A model generated the notes under the pieces. The model did not search any database. It saw nothing but the letters and a program-made list of their open reading frames with translations, and was not told where the DNA came from. Shown here piece by piece: positions 20,201 through 30,163 of a stretch of 64,000 nt of DNA. Each line of letters starts with the position of its first letter. Positions within the stretch are counted from its first letter, which is position 1. Source of the stretch: Candidatus Poseidoniaceae archaeon (GTDB taxonomy: Archaea; Thermoplasmatota; Poseidoniia; Poseidoniales; Poseidoniaceae); the NCBI GenBank assembly GCA_028822845.1, contig JAPKCS010000001.1:159964-223963 (forward strand). The letters run 5' to 3'. A program made the translations under genes and the position numbers.

Positions 20201-23200
20201 AGGAACGGTGTTGGAAGCGTCTGCCAATGTGATTGGCATGCCGGGGTGCGTCATGTCGCTGATGTCAAGGGATTGAAGATTGAATCCAACGCTTAGTGGA
20301 TCGGCCTTGCGGAGTGAGAACCGTTCCATTTCGGCGTACTGTGCGTTGTTTTCAAAGCCAAACAAGCCGTTGTCACTCGTAGTCAGCCAGATGGCGTCGG
20401 TTGTGATTGTACCGCCTGTCATTCCAGGGCCTTGGAACATCTTGAGGGTTGCATGTGTTGGTGTGCGAGCGCTCAGAATTGAGGCGCCATTTTCACCAAT
20501 GGCAAGGACATGATCGCCATCACTGACCATCTTCTGTATGGGCCACCCAGCAACTTGGAAAGACGGAGCCCCATCTTCAAATTGATTGGATTGTCCATTG
20601 TAATGCGTCATTGGACCGATGTCGGTTGCAATATGCAAGCCCCACCAGTCTGCAGCCAAAGCATCAACAGTGTTCGAGGACAGTTGATCGAATTTATGCC
20701 AGATGACGGCGTTTGTCGAAGCGTCGACGCTGGTGACACCAGGCCGTTCAGATCCCGCACCATCGTGGCCGATGAAGAGGGAAGTGGAAGTTGATGACGT
20801 GCCATTGACAACAGTGGTGGTGACGGCAGTGGTCAAGGATTGTGCCGAGGTTGCCATGAGGCCCGTGCCACTCGAATAGAGGGTTGTTGCGTTGGTGAGC
20901 GTGTCCATTTTGACGACACCCGCTGCTGTAGCAATCCAGAGGTCGGTTCCGATGATCTGAACGTCCTCGACTACATTTGTTGGTAGCCCATCGCTTGTTG
21001 TAAGCGGGTTTGCCCAATCCGATAGTGCGTAGTCCCATCGCCCAATCCCTCCATTGGTTGCGATGTAGAGCATGGTTGAGGATTCAGTGAATGCGTTGAT
21101 GTTGTTTGAGGGCAGGCCGCCAAGCAATCTCCCGTTTCCGAAGCCTGTGTTCGGGTCGTACACCTGGACTCCAGCTGCTGAACCTGAACTACCTTGCAAT
21201 CCGATGACGAAGGTGTTTCCATAGGCGAAAAGCCCATCCATGTTGTTGTGCAAAGCACCGCCGACTCGACTGAGTACGCCGGTTAACGTGTCGAGTTTGT
21301 AGAGCCCTGTCGGTGTTGTCGTGATGTAAAGGTCAGTGCCCATGAGTTCCATGTCTTTGACCACAGTGTTTGCAATCATTGTCCATCCTTGCTGCCAATC
21401 CATCGTTCCATCGGCTTGTCGCTCGCCCTGAAGCAATCCAGCGCCTGCCGAGCCGCCTTGTCCGAACCCTTGGTTCGCGCCTTGAGTTGAGATCCATAGG
21501 TGCGTTGCATTGCCGGCCATGCTGGTCACTTGACCGCTTACAAGCCCTGGGAAGTCCAGCAACGTGTTTTGCCCCAGCGAACTGATGGTGTCGACATGGC
21601 TGTATCCAGATGAACCACCAGCTTGTCCGACCAACCACTCATTGGTGAGCCATTGGAAGGAAGTAACCGAAGAGCCTTGTCCGTTGAAGGCCACTTGTGC
21701 AGTGGAGCCGCCAGATGTTGCAACAACGCTGTAGCCTCCTCCGATGACATTGTCCCCGCTCGTACCGATGCCATGGCCCAGCACAAGCATGTTGTTGGAA
21801 TAATCAATAGCGTCCCACCAAATACGATCGCTCGGTAAGTTGTGGTTTGCTGTGGTGATTGGGTTGAGCCACGTATTGGTGGTGTAACTGTACTTCTTGA
21901 CGTCTGCTTCATCTTCATAGAAGGCCACATAGAGGGTGTCTGCGCTGTCACAAGCGACACCAGACACTTCGCCATAATTCTCGTTCCAGTCGGCTTCTCT
22001 AAAGGTGGTCAAGAAGGAATCATTTGCCATGTCAAATCGGGCTACGCCTCCATTGTTTGCGTAAATGCCAATGTGGACAATGCCCGCACACTCGGTCATC
22101 GTAATCGGGTAACCATTTGGCAATCCGTTGGATCCGGTTTCGTAATTATTCCATGTTGCGCCATCCCAATGGGAAATGGCGCCATTTCTGAACTGGCCGA
22201 ATTGACTCACTTCACCGCTGCCAACAACCAAGTCTGTGCCGTCGGTCCACAACTCGTAGATTTGGTCGCCAGCATCACTTGGTAGGCCGGAGCCAGGGGT
22301 CCATTCGGACAACCATTGACCTGCAGATTCATTGTACCGTGCGACACCATCCTCGGTTGCAAACATCACTTCGCCGTTGTATTCGATGATCTCACGGATT
22401 GGGAACTCAAAGTCATCATCGTCCCATTCACCGAGCAGTGTCCCATTAGCGGCCATGTATTGGAGGGAATTTTCGCCCCATGAAACCCACATGTTTCCTG
22501 TTGAAGATTGGTAAGCTGTCACGCGGTCAACTTGCCCAATTGGCAGAATGTTTTCGCCCCACGAACCGTTGCTTGTGTTGAATTGTGCGATGCCACCAGA
22601 GCCATCAACCTGCCACCAATTTTGAGAGGCTACGCTGATCATGATGATGTCGCCAATAAGGTTCATTCCATTGACATCGCCGTTGTTCTGGCCCACCTGT
22701 GCGCCAGCATCAAGGGCAGGAAGGGAAGTGAAATTTTGAGCATCAAACCGATACAGATTATCGCTGCTGGCTCCGTCATGGTAGTACATGACATTGCCTT
22801 TGAGAATCATATCAAGAGGGTCACCATTTCCAGCAAACAGGCTGCTTGATTTTTCGATGTCATACACTTCGACTCCTGTCGTAGCGTTGAGCAATTGGAA
22901 TCCATCAGCGCCTCCAATCCAAATGTAATTTGGATTGATATCGGCCGAGATTGCGGTCGCATCCTCATTTCCATCATCGAGTACATTGTCATCGGTCCAC
23001 AGGGTGAGCCATTCGTCGTTAGTGAGGTCATACCGAGCGATACCAATGCCATCCAAAGCAATGAACGCCACATCTCCAATCACCACGACAGGGGCGTTGT
23101 TTGTTTGTTCTCCAGCGGTCCACTCACCGACCACTTCAAAGGGCGAGGTGGTGATGATGCCAACGCCAGAATTCGTCCCTCCGAAGAGGTATGAGTTCGA

Positions 23201-25624
23201 GAGGCCTGCTCCAATCGAGTAGGTCGCCCAATTCGGCATACCGTCGTATACGTTGAGGCATTCGTTGATCCCCAATGTAGCAATGCTGTACTTGCATACG
23301 CCGATGTTGGTGCCAGCGTAGAGGCTGCCACCAGAGATGCTAGAAATGGCTACGAAGTCGTAAAATTGTTGAGGGCGTTTGTCCCAAGAGGAACCTTGGC
23401 CGAACGTCGTCATTTGGTTTCCGTCCCATCGGCTTGCACCTTGTTGTGTTCCGATGTAGAGGTTAGCACCGTCGGATTCGAGAGCGTAGATGTTGTCGCT
23501 GGGTAGGACACCGTTGCTTTGTTGGCCAGCCGCTGTGAGCGGTGCCATCAATTCGCCAGTGGACAAATCTTTCCGTGCAACTCCATATCCGGGGATTCCG
23601 AAGTACAGGATGTCACCAACAACCGCCACTGGTACCTCGTTTGCCCCATTGACGCCAGTCGAAATCCAGGGCGTGAGCCAAGTATCGTTCACGATGTGAT
23701 AACGGAGCAGCCCGTCGTTTTGGGTTCCTACATATGCCACTCCATTGTGGAGAGCGGCATCGGTGACCGAGCCTGTATCCAACACGATGCTTTCGAACAC
23801 AACTGGTTGAGACCCTGTGAGGTTAATGGCCAAAAATTCGCTGTAAAACTCGTTGAGCACAACGACGGTTGAACCGTCCGATTGGACGACGGTAACTTCG
23901 TTGCTTGAGAGCGCCGTGTTTGTCGTGTCCCACGTTTGGAGGACAGTTCCATTGTTGTGCATTTGATGAGCCCCGTTGTCGGCGGCGATGTAGACGTGAA
24001 TGCCATCGTTGCTCAACCGGTTGATGTCAGCTCCAATGAACACCGGCTCAATCCAGCGCGAAGTTTGGGTGTCAAATCTGTTCAGGTACTGGTCGTCAGT
24101 GGCCACAAACAGCACGCCATCAAGTTCAGTGGCGTCGATCATTTGTTCGGTCGTCGGGCCGCTGCCGAGCAACAAAACACCCGTGTTGAGGGGGGTTGAG
24201 CCCGGCGTAAGTTCCACCAATGCACCGTTCCCATCGCTGAGGAGCATGAGTTCAGAACCCGGGGAACGGGCTCCCGAAGTTGGCCATAGAATCAACTTTT
24301 GTCCTTCACTTGTCAGACCGAAATCTTCGATGGATTGGGATCCTGAGAATACATTGCTCGCCGTGTTGTAAGTGTGAAGTGAATCACCGTTGAGGATGTA
24401 GAGTGTGTTCCCAGATTGTGCAAGCCCAGCGACATCGTCACTGGCCAGCCAGTTGCCACTGTTCCAAGTCGAGAGCCAGAATCCAGAACTCCAATCATAA
24501 CGAGCCAAGCCTGCATCCGATGAGGCCATCAGGAGTTGATTTCCTGAGACCATGAGTTGAGTGACTTCATCCGAGTGAAGGCTGTTGGCTGTTGACCAGG
24601 TTGAGAGGGATTGGCCCGTGCTCAAGTCATAGCGGCTAACGCCAGTGTCGTCAATCGAGGTGTAGAGGATGCCATTCAATTCAATCATGGAGATTGCCTC
24701 ATTGGGTGAATCCGTTGTTGCGACGCTCACCCAAGCGGCTCCGTTCCAAAGTGACACCCCTTCTTCATTTGCAGCATAGACGTCGCCTGTGCTGGTAATC
24801 TGGAATTGATCAAAGTCAACAAATGCGGGGCTAGATGCGTTTGGTAGGACGACCTGAGCGCTGCTGTCAACAAGCGAGAGGGCGGTAAATCCATCTTCAG
24901 CGGTCAGGAAATGGATGAGGTTGTTTGTTGCATCAATCTCCATATCGAGCACATCGCTCTCAAATTCGATCATGTCGATGATTGTCGGGTCGTTGTTGTA
25001 ATCGAGTATGATCACATCATCGTTGACTGCCAAATACATCCTTCCGTCATCTGGGTGGATGGCATTGGCACCGAGGTCCAATTGAATCGGTTCGAATGAA
25101 ACCGCGGGATCAACAGGAGCCAATGCTTCGATCACGAGGTCGGTAATCTCAGCATCCGAGGGGAGGGTCCACGTTGCGCCAGAGTCGCTGTTTGGCGATA
25201 GGCGTCCGTTGTGAGGATTCGCACCGACGAATGAATCAGCTGAACCAAGCATGCCAAGACCTCGCCAGTCGAGGAGACTGATTCCAATATCGCTTGCTAC
25301 CAACAGTGGCTCTTCAATCATCAAACCATCACTTCCATTGACTCGGACTTGGAATGAAACATTCGATAGGTCTGCGCCTGGTGCGAACTCAAGGGTCCAA
25401 GGCGCTGTGGCTTGGAATGATTGTCCCATCACAGCATCCAGTTGAACCCATCCAGTATCGTTGCTCCCGGACTTAGGCCAAATGGTATCGATGGTCGACT
25501 CGTGAGCCGAAACACCAGGAAGCGCCATCATTGGCGCGATGGAAGAACAGAGCATTATCGCAACCAGCATGAAGGCCCTTTTGCCGGCTCGGCCGGCGAA
25601 AACTGGGTCAACAAGTTGGTTCAT
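17285..25624 (-). CDS. Giant (~2780 aa) membrane-anchored surface protein with beta-propeller repeats and FN3-like repeats
   Basis: Signal peptide; many LPS(D/N).(I/V)..L propeller repeats; D.P.DDG.....W repeats; C-terminal TM helix and P/A/Q-rich tail. Confidence 0.85.
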   Translation of the reverse strand: MNQLVDPVFAGRAGKRAFMLVAIMLCSSIAPMMALPGVSAHESTIDTIWPKSGSNDTGWVQLDAVMGQSFQATAPWTLEFAPGADLSNVSFQVRVNGSDGLMIEEPLLVASDIGISLLDWRGLGMLGSADSFVGANPHNGRLSPNSDSGATWTLPSDAEITDLVIEALAPVDPAVSFEPIQLDLGANAIHPDDGRMYLAVNDDVIILDYNNDPTIIDMIEFESDVLDMEIDATNNLIHFLTAEDGFTALSLVDSSAQVVLPNASSPAFVDFDQFQITSTGDVYAANEEGVSLWNGAAWVSVATTDSPNEAISMIELNGILYTSIDDTGVSRYDLSTGQSLSTWSTANSLHSDEVTQLMVSGNQLLMASSDAGLARYDWSSGFWLSTWNSGNWLASDDVAGLAQSGNTLYILNGDSLHTYNTASNVFSGSQSIEDFGLTSEGQKLILWPTSGARSPGSELMLLSDGNGALVELTPGSTPLNTGVLLLGSGPTTEQMIDATELDGVLFVATDDQYLNRFDTQTSRWIEPVFIGADINRLSNDGIHVYIAADNGAHQMHNNGTVLQTWDTTNTALSSNEVTVVQSDGSTVVVLNEFYSEFLAINLTGSQPVVFESIVLDTGSVTDAALHNGVAYVGTQNDGLLRYHIVNDTWLTPWISTGVNGANEVPVAVVGDILYFGIPGYGVARKDLSTGELMAPLTAAGQQSNGVLPSDNIYALESDGANLYIGTQQGASRWDGNQMTTFGQGSSWDKRPQQFYDFVAISSISGGSLYAGTNIGVCKYSIATLGINECLNVYDGMPNWATYSIGAGLSNSYLFGGTNSGVGIITTSPFEVVGEWTAGEQTNNAPVVVIGDVAFIALDGIGIARYDLTNDEWLTLWTDDNVLDDGNEDATAISADINPNYIWIGGADGFQLLNATTGVEVYDIEKSSSLFAGNGDPLDMILKGNVMYYHDGASSDNLYRFDAQNFTSLPALDAGAQVGQNNGDVNGMNLIGDIIMISVASQNWWQVDGSGGIAQFNTSNGSWGENILPIGQVDRVTAYQSSTGNMWVSWGENSLQYMAANGTLLGEWDDDDFEFPIREIIEYNGEVMFATEDGVARYNESAGQWLSEWTPGSGLPSDAGDQIYELWTDGTDLVVGSGEVSQFGQFRNGAISHWDGATWNNYETGSNGLPNGYPITMTECAGIVHIGIYANNGGVARFDMANDSFLTTFREADWNENYGEVSGVACDSADTLYVAFYEDEADVKKYSYTTNTWLNPITTANHNLPSDRIWWDAIDYSNNMLVLGHGIGTSGDNVIGGGYSVVATSGGSTAQVAFNGQGSSVTSFQWLTNEWLVGQAGGSSGYSHVDTISSLGQNTLLDFPGLVSGQVTSMAGNATHLWISTQGANQGFGQGGSAGAGLLQGERQADGTMDWQQGWTMIANTVVKDMELMGTDLYITTTPTGLYKLDTLTGVLSRVGGALHNNMDGLFAYGNTFVIGLQGSSGSAAGVQVYDPNTGFGNGRLLGGLPSNNINAFTESSTMLYIATNGGIGRWDYALSDWANPLTTSDGLPTNVVEDVQIIGTDLWIATAAGVVKMDTLTNATTLYSSGTGLMATSAQSLTTAVTTTVVNGTSSTSTSLFIGHDGAGSERPGVTSVDASTNAVIWHKFDQLSSNTVDALAADWWGLHIATDIGPMTHYNGQSNQFEDGAPSFQVAGWPIQKMVSDGDHVLAIGENGASILSARTPTHATLKMFQGPGMTGGTITTDAIWLTTSDNGLFGFENNAQYAEMERFSLRKADPLSVGFNLQSLDISDMTHPGMPITLADASNTVPLDPTFGVEGTNGIMFQTVPLAFTSPVNNAATWAKSVSLKYNATIELNNNPDFETTMQMAVDNGVIVNGTQFLQLTLRSPSNGSMHVRLIYDYIKVETPIELTDLVDRADDGGGALLADWSLVHDDDFARYLIYVNEGPFIVGGMIDDFDLTNRQIDKAISLHSRLSSEITTANGVPLVDGTDYYAIVVVEYDDGRLGTPSAELGPASPSDEVPLPPIWANAGPHEGGEDGDLDVEWARCTSLDLAQTNIYTSTQPMTDVLGLTPESEVMKMEGNSTVLALEPGQPYWLGLTCVDEAGQEDLSNALIVGPFVPTGGLNDNTAPPKMENVAAIDTPDDDGGRITVSWDVNPAEDCTFYAVFMRLWEDADAENEQMLFTEFGFSQAKIINDCSEESTIVTSIDGVALQDGQMYYVGVVAYDDWLNVNFEDVDLINVTPLRNTAGSGTTPSRITTVQAFDHPEDDGTAIDVLWSISDADDFSHYTVWAADQPLTDLSAAWAAFGENSDLCGCLKINKQWVDEEFNPIEVTISSALYGGQGNLMDITQTTPQPIRPNIELYVVVTVHDLAGNVYLTDLVQATVTPIDNEQDVEAPARLEAIDLFDRPNDDGSALMLEFNLSTASDVGSYEVYAATWSFTSVGPGTLGPSTPVAILERAPTLPLTIDLVAGDTPVIPGQEIWAVVVVRDTSDNAFTSDLVTVSSQSVDDGVDAKGDYLPDVGGIALTWVDETNILVTWTLSQNEDIEGYNIYIAEEEYSTTLEATWLAGVKQSNSFLITSDSFGDLTNATAWYVAVSAEDDLFEKQAVSPVMLDAFNAVGSGNIGEEGANDGAEFSSLLTTPNMLAAGLFLTAVILFVAVIRSRGNQRGRSKSWELQEATWGIQDDQGWSDADSTAPPAPPAPPTTAAQPAAVAAPATNMYAQPAGQQDIYGRTQYQANQPVMQPVQNNNLLNDLGVGNAPAQPAKTIDTSFLDDLL

Positions 25625-25861
25625 GATACACAAGCGGACTTTTGGGGTATTTCAACGCGGCCCCCAGTCGTGCGCGAAATTATCACATCAGCGATGGTAA
25701 ATATCATGCCAAATCCGAACGAAAACATTCGACTCGAGGCCCTTCACACCAGGGTATTTTGTGATGTTGGGCTTGTTTCACGGCTTCTGTTTTCGCCTTC
25801 CCCGGTTCCGTTCACACACAACACTCAAACCGACAACCACATTCGTTAGAGTCGATTGCCC

Positions 25862-28183
25862 ATGAATCGAGAAAAAAAAGAGCGCCTGCTCAAGAAGGAA
25901 GCGCTCGAGTACCACGAGGCAGAACCACGTGGGAAAATCAAGGTCGTACCAACCAAACCACACAGCACGGCTCATGAATTGAGTCTCGCCTATTCGCCCG
26001 GAGTAGCCTACCCTTGTTTGGCAATCGCAGAACGCCCCGAGGATGCATATCGCTACACCTCAAAAGGCAACTTAGTGGCTGTGATTTCCAACGGAACTGC
26101 AGTGCTGGGCCTCGGAAACATCGGGGCGCTTGCGAGCAAACCAGTCATGGAAGGAAAAGGCCTGCTCCTCAAGACCTTCGCCGATATCGATGTGTTTGAC
26201 ATCGAAGTGGACACAGAAGATCCAGAAGCCTTTATCGAAACAGTCGTCAACATTGCCAAAACATTTGGAGGCATCAACCTCGAAGACATCAAGGCACCCG
26301 AGTGTTTTGAAATTGAACGACGTATTGCGGAAGCAACCGACATTCCAGTGATGCACGACGATCAACACGGGACGGCTATCATTTCAGCCGCAGCGCTTCT
26401 CAACGCCGCTGAATTACAGGGCAAAGAACTCGCTGAGATCAACGTCGTTGTGATCGGTGCTGGAGCAAGCGCGATTGCTTGTGCGAACCATTACGTCGCC
26501 ATCGGCGTTACCCGCGCAAACATTGCGATGGTCGACAGCAAAGGAATCGTCACCAAAGCGAGGCTTGAGGCTGGTGAACTCAATGAATACAAGGCCCCAT
26601 TTGCCCATGATCGTGAACCAGGGGATTTGGCAGATGCCCTCAAAGGAGCCGATGTGATGTTGGGCCTCTCAAGAGGCGGTTTAGTGAACAAAGAAATGAT
26701 TGCAACAATGGCCCCCAAGCCAATCATATTCGCTCTTGCCAACCCAACTCCAGAAATCCTTCCGGAGGAGATTCTTGAAGTACGCAGCGATGCCATCATT
26801 GCGACAGGCCGTTCAGATTATTCGAACCAAGTCAACAATGTTCTCGGGTTCCCCTACATTTTCAGGGGCGCACTGGATGTCCGTGCTCGTGACATTACGC
26901 AGGGCATGAAAATGGCAGCAACTCGGGCGTTAGCAGCCCTTGCCAAAGAGCCAGTTCCGGACTACATCTCCGCAGCATACGACGGCGCAGTGATGCAGTA
27001 TGGCCCTGAGTATATCATTCCAAAACCATTCGACCGCAGGGTCCTGCTTTGGGAAGCATCTGCAGTGGCCCAAGCCGCAGTTGACGAGGGTGTTGCTGGT
27101 GTTTCACCGGAGGACTTTTCGATTAAAAAGTACCGTGAAGAACTCGAAGGACGCCTTGGCCAATCCTATTCCATCATGCGCCATGTCATCAATCAAGTTC
27201 GAGGGCGAGGCAAGCGAATCGTGTTCCCTGAAGGTGACAATGAAAAGGTGATTCGAGCAGCTGCTCAACTGGTCGATCAGAAAATATGCTACCCGATCTT
27301 ACTTGGCCCAGAAAAGCGAATCCGTAGAATGATGGACGACCTGAGTTTGAATTTTGATTATGAAGTGTACGACCCTCGAAAGGATGCGCGAAGAAAGGGG
27401 ATCTATTCACAGTCCATGCTGGATCGGCGAAACCGCAAGGGTATGACCGTTGCAGATGCAGCACGTTTGCTCAAATCTCGCCCGTACTTTGCCAGCCAAA
27501 TGGTTGCGAATGGGGACGCTGACGGGTTTGTTGGAGGTGTCAGTCGAAACTATGCTGATGTGCTCCGGCCGACCTTGGAACTGATTGGAGCGGATGAGAA
27601 GGCACACTGCATTGTTGGATGTTACATGATGAACGTCAAAGGGCGAACGATCTTCTTGGCCGATGCCACGGTGAACGTCTATCCAGACAGCAGAACACTC
27701 GCGGAAATCGCCGTACAAACTGCAAAGGTTGCACGCCGCTTTGGTGTTGACCCAGTTGTGGCAATGCTTTCCTTTTCCAATTTTGGAAGCAGCCGTGCTC
27801 AGCGCTCGGAGCGGATTGAAGACGCCATCGCCTTTGCTCGTGAACTCGACCCGTCGCTTGTTATCGACGGACCAATGCAAGCAGACACAGCCCTCAACGG
27901 TGGGGTCCAAGGTGAATACCCATTCATGGAATTCACCGGGGCGGCCAACGTCTTGGTGCTGCCGAATTTAGCAGCTGCCAACATCGCTTACAAACTCCTT
28001 GAGGAATTGGGCGACGCTGAAATGACGGGTCCAATTTTGGAAGGCATGAATCATCCAGTTCAGTTGGTTGCACGCCAAGATGGTGTCCGCCACATCGTGA
28101 ACATGGCTGCCATTTGTGCTGCAGATGCGATTCGGAAAGAACCGTATTGGGAAAGTTTGGTTACGCCACTAAAGGAAGATTGA
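25862..28183 (+). CDS. maeB: NADP-dependent malic enzyme with phosphotransacetylase-like domain
   Basis: LSLAYSPGVA, GTAVLGLGNIG, KPVMEGK, INLEDI, HDDQHGT, ANPTPEI and NQVNNVLGFP. PTA-like RIVFPEG, MLSFSNFGS and DGPMQAD. Confidence 0.95.
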   Translation: MNREKKERLLKKEALEYHEAEPRGKIKVVPTKPHSTAHELSLAYSPGVAYPCLAIAERPEDAYRYTSKGNLVAVISNGTAVLGLGNIGALASKPVMEGKGLLLKTFADIDVFDIEVDTEDPEAFIETVVNIAKTFGGINLEDIKAPECFEIERRIAEATDIPVMHDDQHGTAIISAAALLNAAELQGKELAEINVVVIGAGASAIACANHYVAIGVTRANIAMVDSKGIVTKARLEAGELNEYKAPFAHDREPGDLADALKGADVMLGLSRGGLVNKEMIATMAPKPIIFALANPTPEILPEEILEVRSDAIIATGRSDYSNQVNNVLGFPYIFRGALDVRARDITQGMKMAATRALAALAKEPVPDYISAAYDGAVMQYGPEYIIPKPFDRRVLLWEASAVAQAAVDEGVAGVSPEDFSIKKYREELEGRLGQSYSIMRHVINQVRGRGKRIVFPEGDNEKVIRAAAQLVDQKICYPILLGPEKRIRRMMDDLSLNFDYEVYDPRKDARRKGIYSQSMLDRRNRKGMTVADAARLLKSRPYFASQMVANGDADGFVGGVSRNYADVLRPTLELIGADEKAHCIVGCYMMNVKGRTIFLADATVNVYPDSRTLAEIAVQTAKVARRFGVDPVVAMLSFSNFGSSRAQRSERIEDAIAFARELDPSLVIDGPMQADTALNGGVQGEYPFMEFTGAANVLVLPNLAAANIAYKLLEELGDAEMTGPILEGMNHPVQLVARQDGVRHIVNMAAICAADAIRKEPYWESLVTPLKED

Positions 28184-28186
28184 ACC

Positions 28187-29020
28187 TCACCGTTCGTCGA
28201 AGGTGATCGTTGGGCGGCGTGGTCGCCAGAATGCACCGGTGACAAATCCAGCACACAACCCTCCAAACAACAGGTTCGCCCAACCGGTTTGGACGTAACC
28301 GCTCATGCCGCGGAGAATGGGGATGATGAATGAGGGCACAACGCCCAGAAGGAAGGTCCAGATCAATTCAGTACGGATGTTCGCAGCCATATCAGCAGAT
28401 TCCGGAACCCGTATTGGTTCTCCTTCTCGAATTGGGGCGATGACAAGGCGGGCCAGAACACCTGCAATCGGTCGGTCAAGTGGAACGCTTGACAGTGCAG
28501 TGACTCCATCTTTTGATGGATGTGTTTCAATCGCTGCTCGATGGAGTGCCATCGGGCCCAATCCTTCGAAGCGACGAGGGCGGCCGTCCATCATGGCGCC
28601 GCGATAATTCGAATTCACCGCATCAGCGAGCACCTCGATTTGTTTTCTTTTGAGACCAAGTCCAATGGCTTCTTCAGCGCATCGCCATTCCGATTCTGTT
28701 GGGCATCGAACCTCCCATCGAACCTCATCACTCAAGCCTTCAATACCATCCGTGATGGCTTGATATCCAGCCTTCATGATGTGCTTCAATGCATCTGCGT
28801 CGACTTCGAAAGGTGCTTCATCGTCACTTGGTACCAAGCCCTGGAAGATTTCGGCTTGGGTGTTGGTGAGCGTTTGGCTCATGATGTAGAACTCAGGCAG
28901 GCGGACTTCGTGCCTTGGGCGTTGTCCAGCGTACACCCAACCGCCCTTATCGGTCCCGATGAAGATGGTTGTTGCAGGTACGCAATCAAAGCGAATCCCT
29001 GAAAATTCAACAGATTTCAG
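28187..29020 (-). CDS. Membrane protein with a degenerate FGE-sulfatase (SUMF1)-like domain
   Basis: QRPRHEVRLPEFYI..LTNTQ and RCPTESEW resemble FGE-domain motifs; two C-terminal TM helices. The frame stays open upstream of GTG 28936 to CTG 29020, so the start is uncertain. Confidence 0.6.
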   Translation of the reverse strand: MKSVEFSGIRFDCVPATTIFIGTDKGGWVYAGQRPRHEVRLPEFYIMSQTLTNTQAEIFQGLVPSDDEAPFEVDADALKHIMKAGYQAITDGIEGLSDEVRWEVRCPTESEWRCAEEAIGLGLKRKQIEVLADAVNSNYRGAMMDGRPRRFEGLGPMALHRAAIETHPSKDGVTALSSVPLDRPIAGVLARLVIAPIREGEPIRVPESADMAANIRTELIWTFLLGVVPSFIIPILRGMSGYVQTGWANLLFGGLCAGFVTGAFWRPRRPTITFDER

Positions 29021-29029
29021 GCCAATCCC

Positions 29030-29722
29030 TCATTGGAGTGTAGCTTCCATACGACGGTACCACGCCATGCCCTTTTCGTGATCTTCGAGCAAAGCAAATT
29101 GGGAGAAGGGTGAGATGGAGCGGGTGTAGCCAAACATCGAAAAATCGACGAGGTCAGGTTCACTGCCACCGAAAAATGGCTTGTCACCATGTTCATCGGT
29201 GAATTCAGTCAACAAGTCGTGCCACAGTTTCTTTGGAGTTCGACCGTCTTTCTTGACCCGCTTGCGTGCGATGATTCCCCACATGATTGGGAATCCTGCC
29301 CATGCATAGAGTCGCTTTGAAAAGAAGCCGAATTTCTCTAATTTCGAAATCCGCATGGTGGTCTTAAACGCTGCACCAAGAGATCCATAGAGGATCGGAA
29401 CCGTTGCTTTGGAGACCTTTGCATCGGCCCAGTCAAGCCAGGTTTGCTGCCGAGTGGAATCACCCATGGCAGCCATTTTCCCGTCGTTGTATGCAGCATC
29501 AATGTGCTTCATGAGCGGCGTCGAATCAACAAAATGGTCTCCGTTTTCATCGGTGAACACAGGCACCCTGCCCCAATCATCAGCAAATGCCACAGTTTTC
29601 TTGATCTTCATACCATTGACACTGACATAGTTGACGTCCATACCAAGGTGTTCAATCACGCTTCGTACCTTCCAACAGAAAGGACAAGTGTAGAGCATGT
29701 GAAGGGTTGGGGTTTGACCCAT
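29030..29722 (-). CDS. Glutathione S-transferase family protein (mPGES-2-like, CPFC)
   Basis: TCPFCWKV, RVPVF, DST and FFGGSEPDLVDF motifs. ATG 29722 has a TTGAA box 29 nt upstream. Confidence 0.85.
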   Translation of the reverse strand: MGQTPTLHMLYTCPFCWKVRSVIEHLGMDVNYVSVNGMKIKKTVAFADDWGRVPVFTDENGDHFVDSTPLMKHIDAAYNDGKMAAMGDSTRQQTWLDWADAKVSKATVPILYGSLGAAFKTTMRISKLEKFGFFSKRLYAWAGFPIMWGIIARKRVKKDGRTPKKLWHDLLTEFTDEHGDKPFFGGSEPDLVDFSMFGYTRSISPFSQFALLEDHEKGMAWYRRMEATLQ

Positions 29723-29747
29723 GGTTGGGCGTACCGCCCCCCCTTCT

Positions 29748-30089
29748 TCAAGCCTCGTTATCAGTCGAGGAAGCAGGTTTCCAACCAAGTTTCCAGAAAT
29801 CGAGGTCATCGAGCCACTGCATCCATTCATCGTCTTCACAGCTGAGCAAACGGAACGCACGTGCTTCAAGTCCCTCACGGTTTGGCGCGCTGAGAACCCC
29901 TTCTTCCATGGCATCATGCCATTCAACCTGCATGTGGCGAATCCGCCTGCGTGCCTCTTCGGGTTGCTCGAAATTCATCTCGCATAGGTCGCGCAATTCT
30001 GAGACCCAGGACCGAGCATCTTTCAGAAGCGGATCATCAACGCGCTTCCGCTTCGATGTGTTCTTTGACGCAAACGGCCACCATCCCAT
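29748..30089 (-). CDS. Hypothetical protein
   Basis: Charged helical 113-aa ORF starting MGWWPF that fills the gap between the GST and FUN14 genes. Confidence 0.7.
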   Translation of the reverse strand: MGWWPFASKNTSKRKRVDDPLLKDARSWVSELRDLCEMNFEQPEEARRRIRHMQVEWHDAMEEGVLSAPNREGLEARAFRLLSCEDDEWMQWLDDLDFWKLGWKPASSTDNEA

Positions 30090-30163
30090 GATTTGCTGAA
30101 GGACCGAGAACCCTTAACGCCATCTGTTGAAAGAGATATAATCCTCGGAGTGATGGGCGACTC

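Noticed and set aside
29030..29032. Selenocysteine or programmed readthrough fusing the GST to the FGE-like ORF
   Set aside because: The GST ends at a normal domain boundary, the TGA is not at a catalytic Cys position, and no SECIS-like hairpin was seen.
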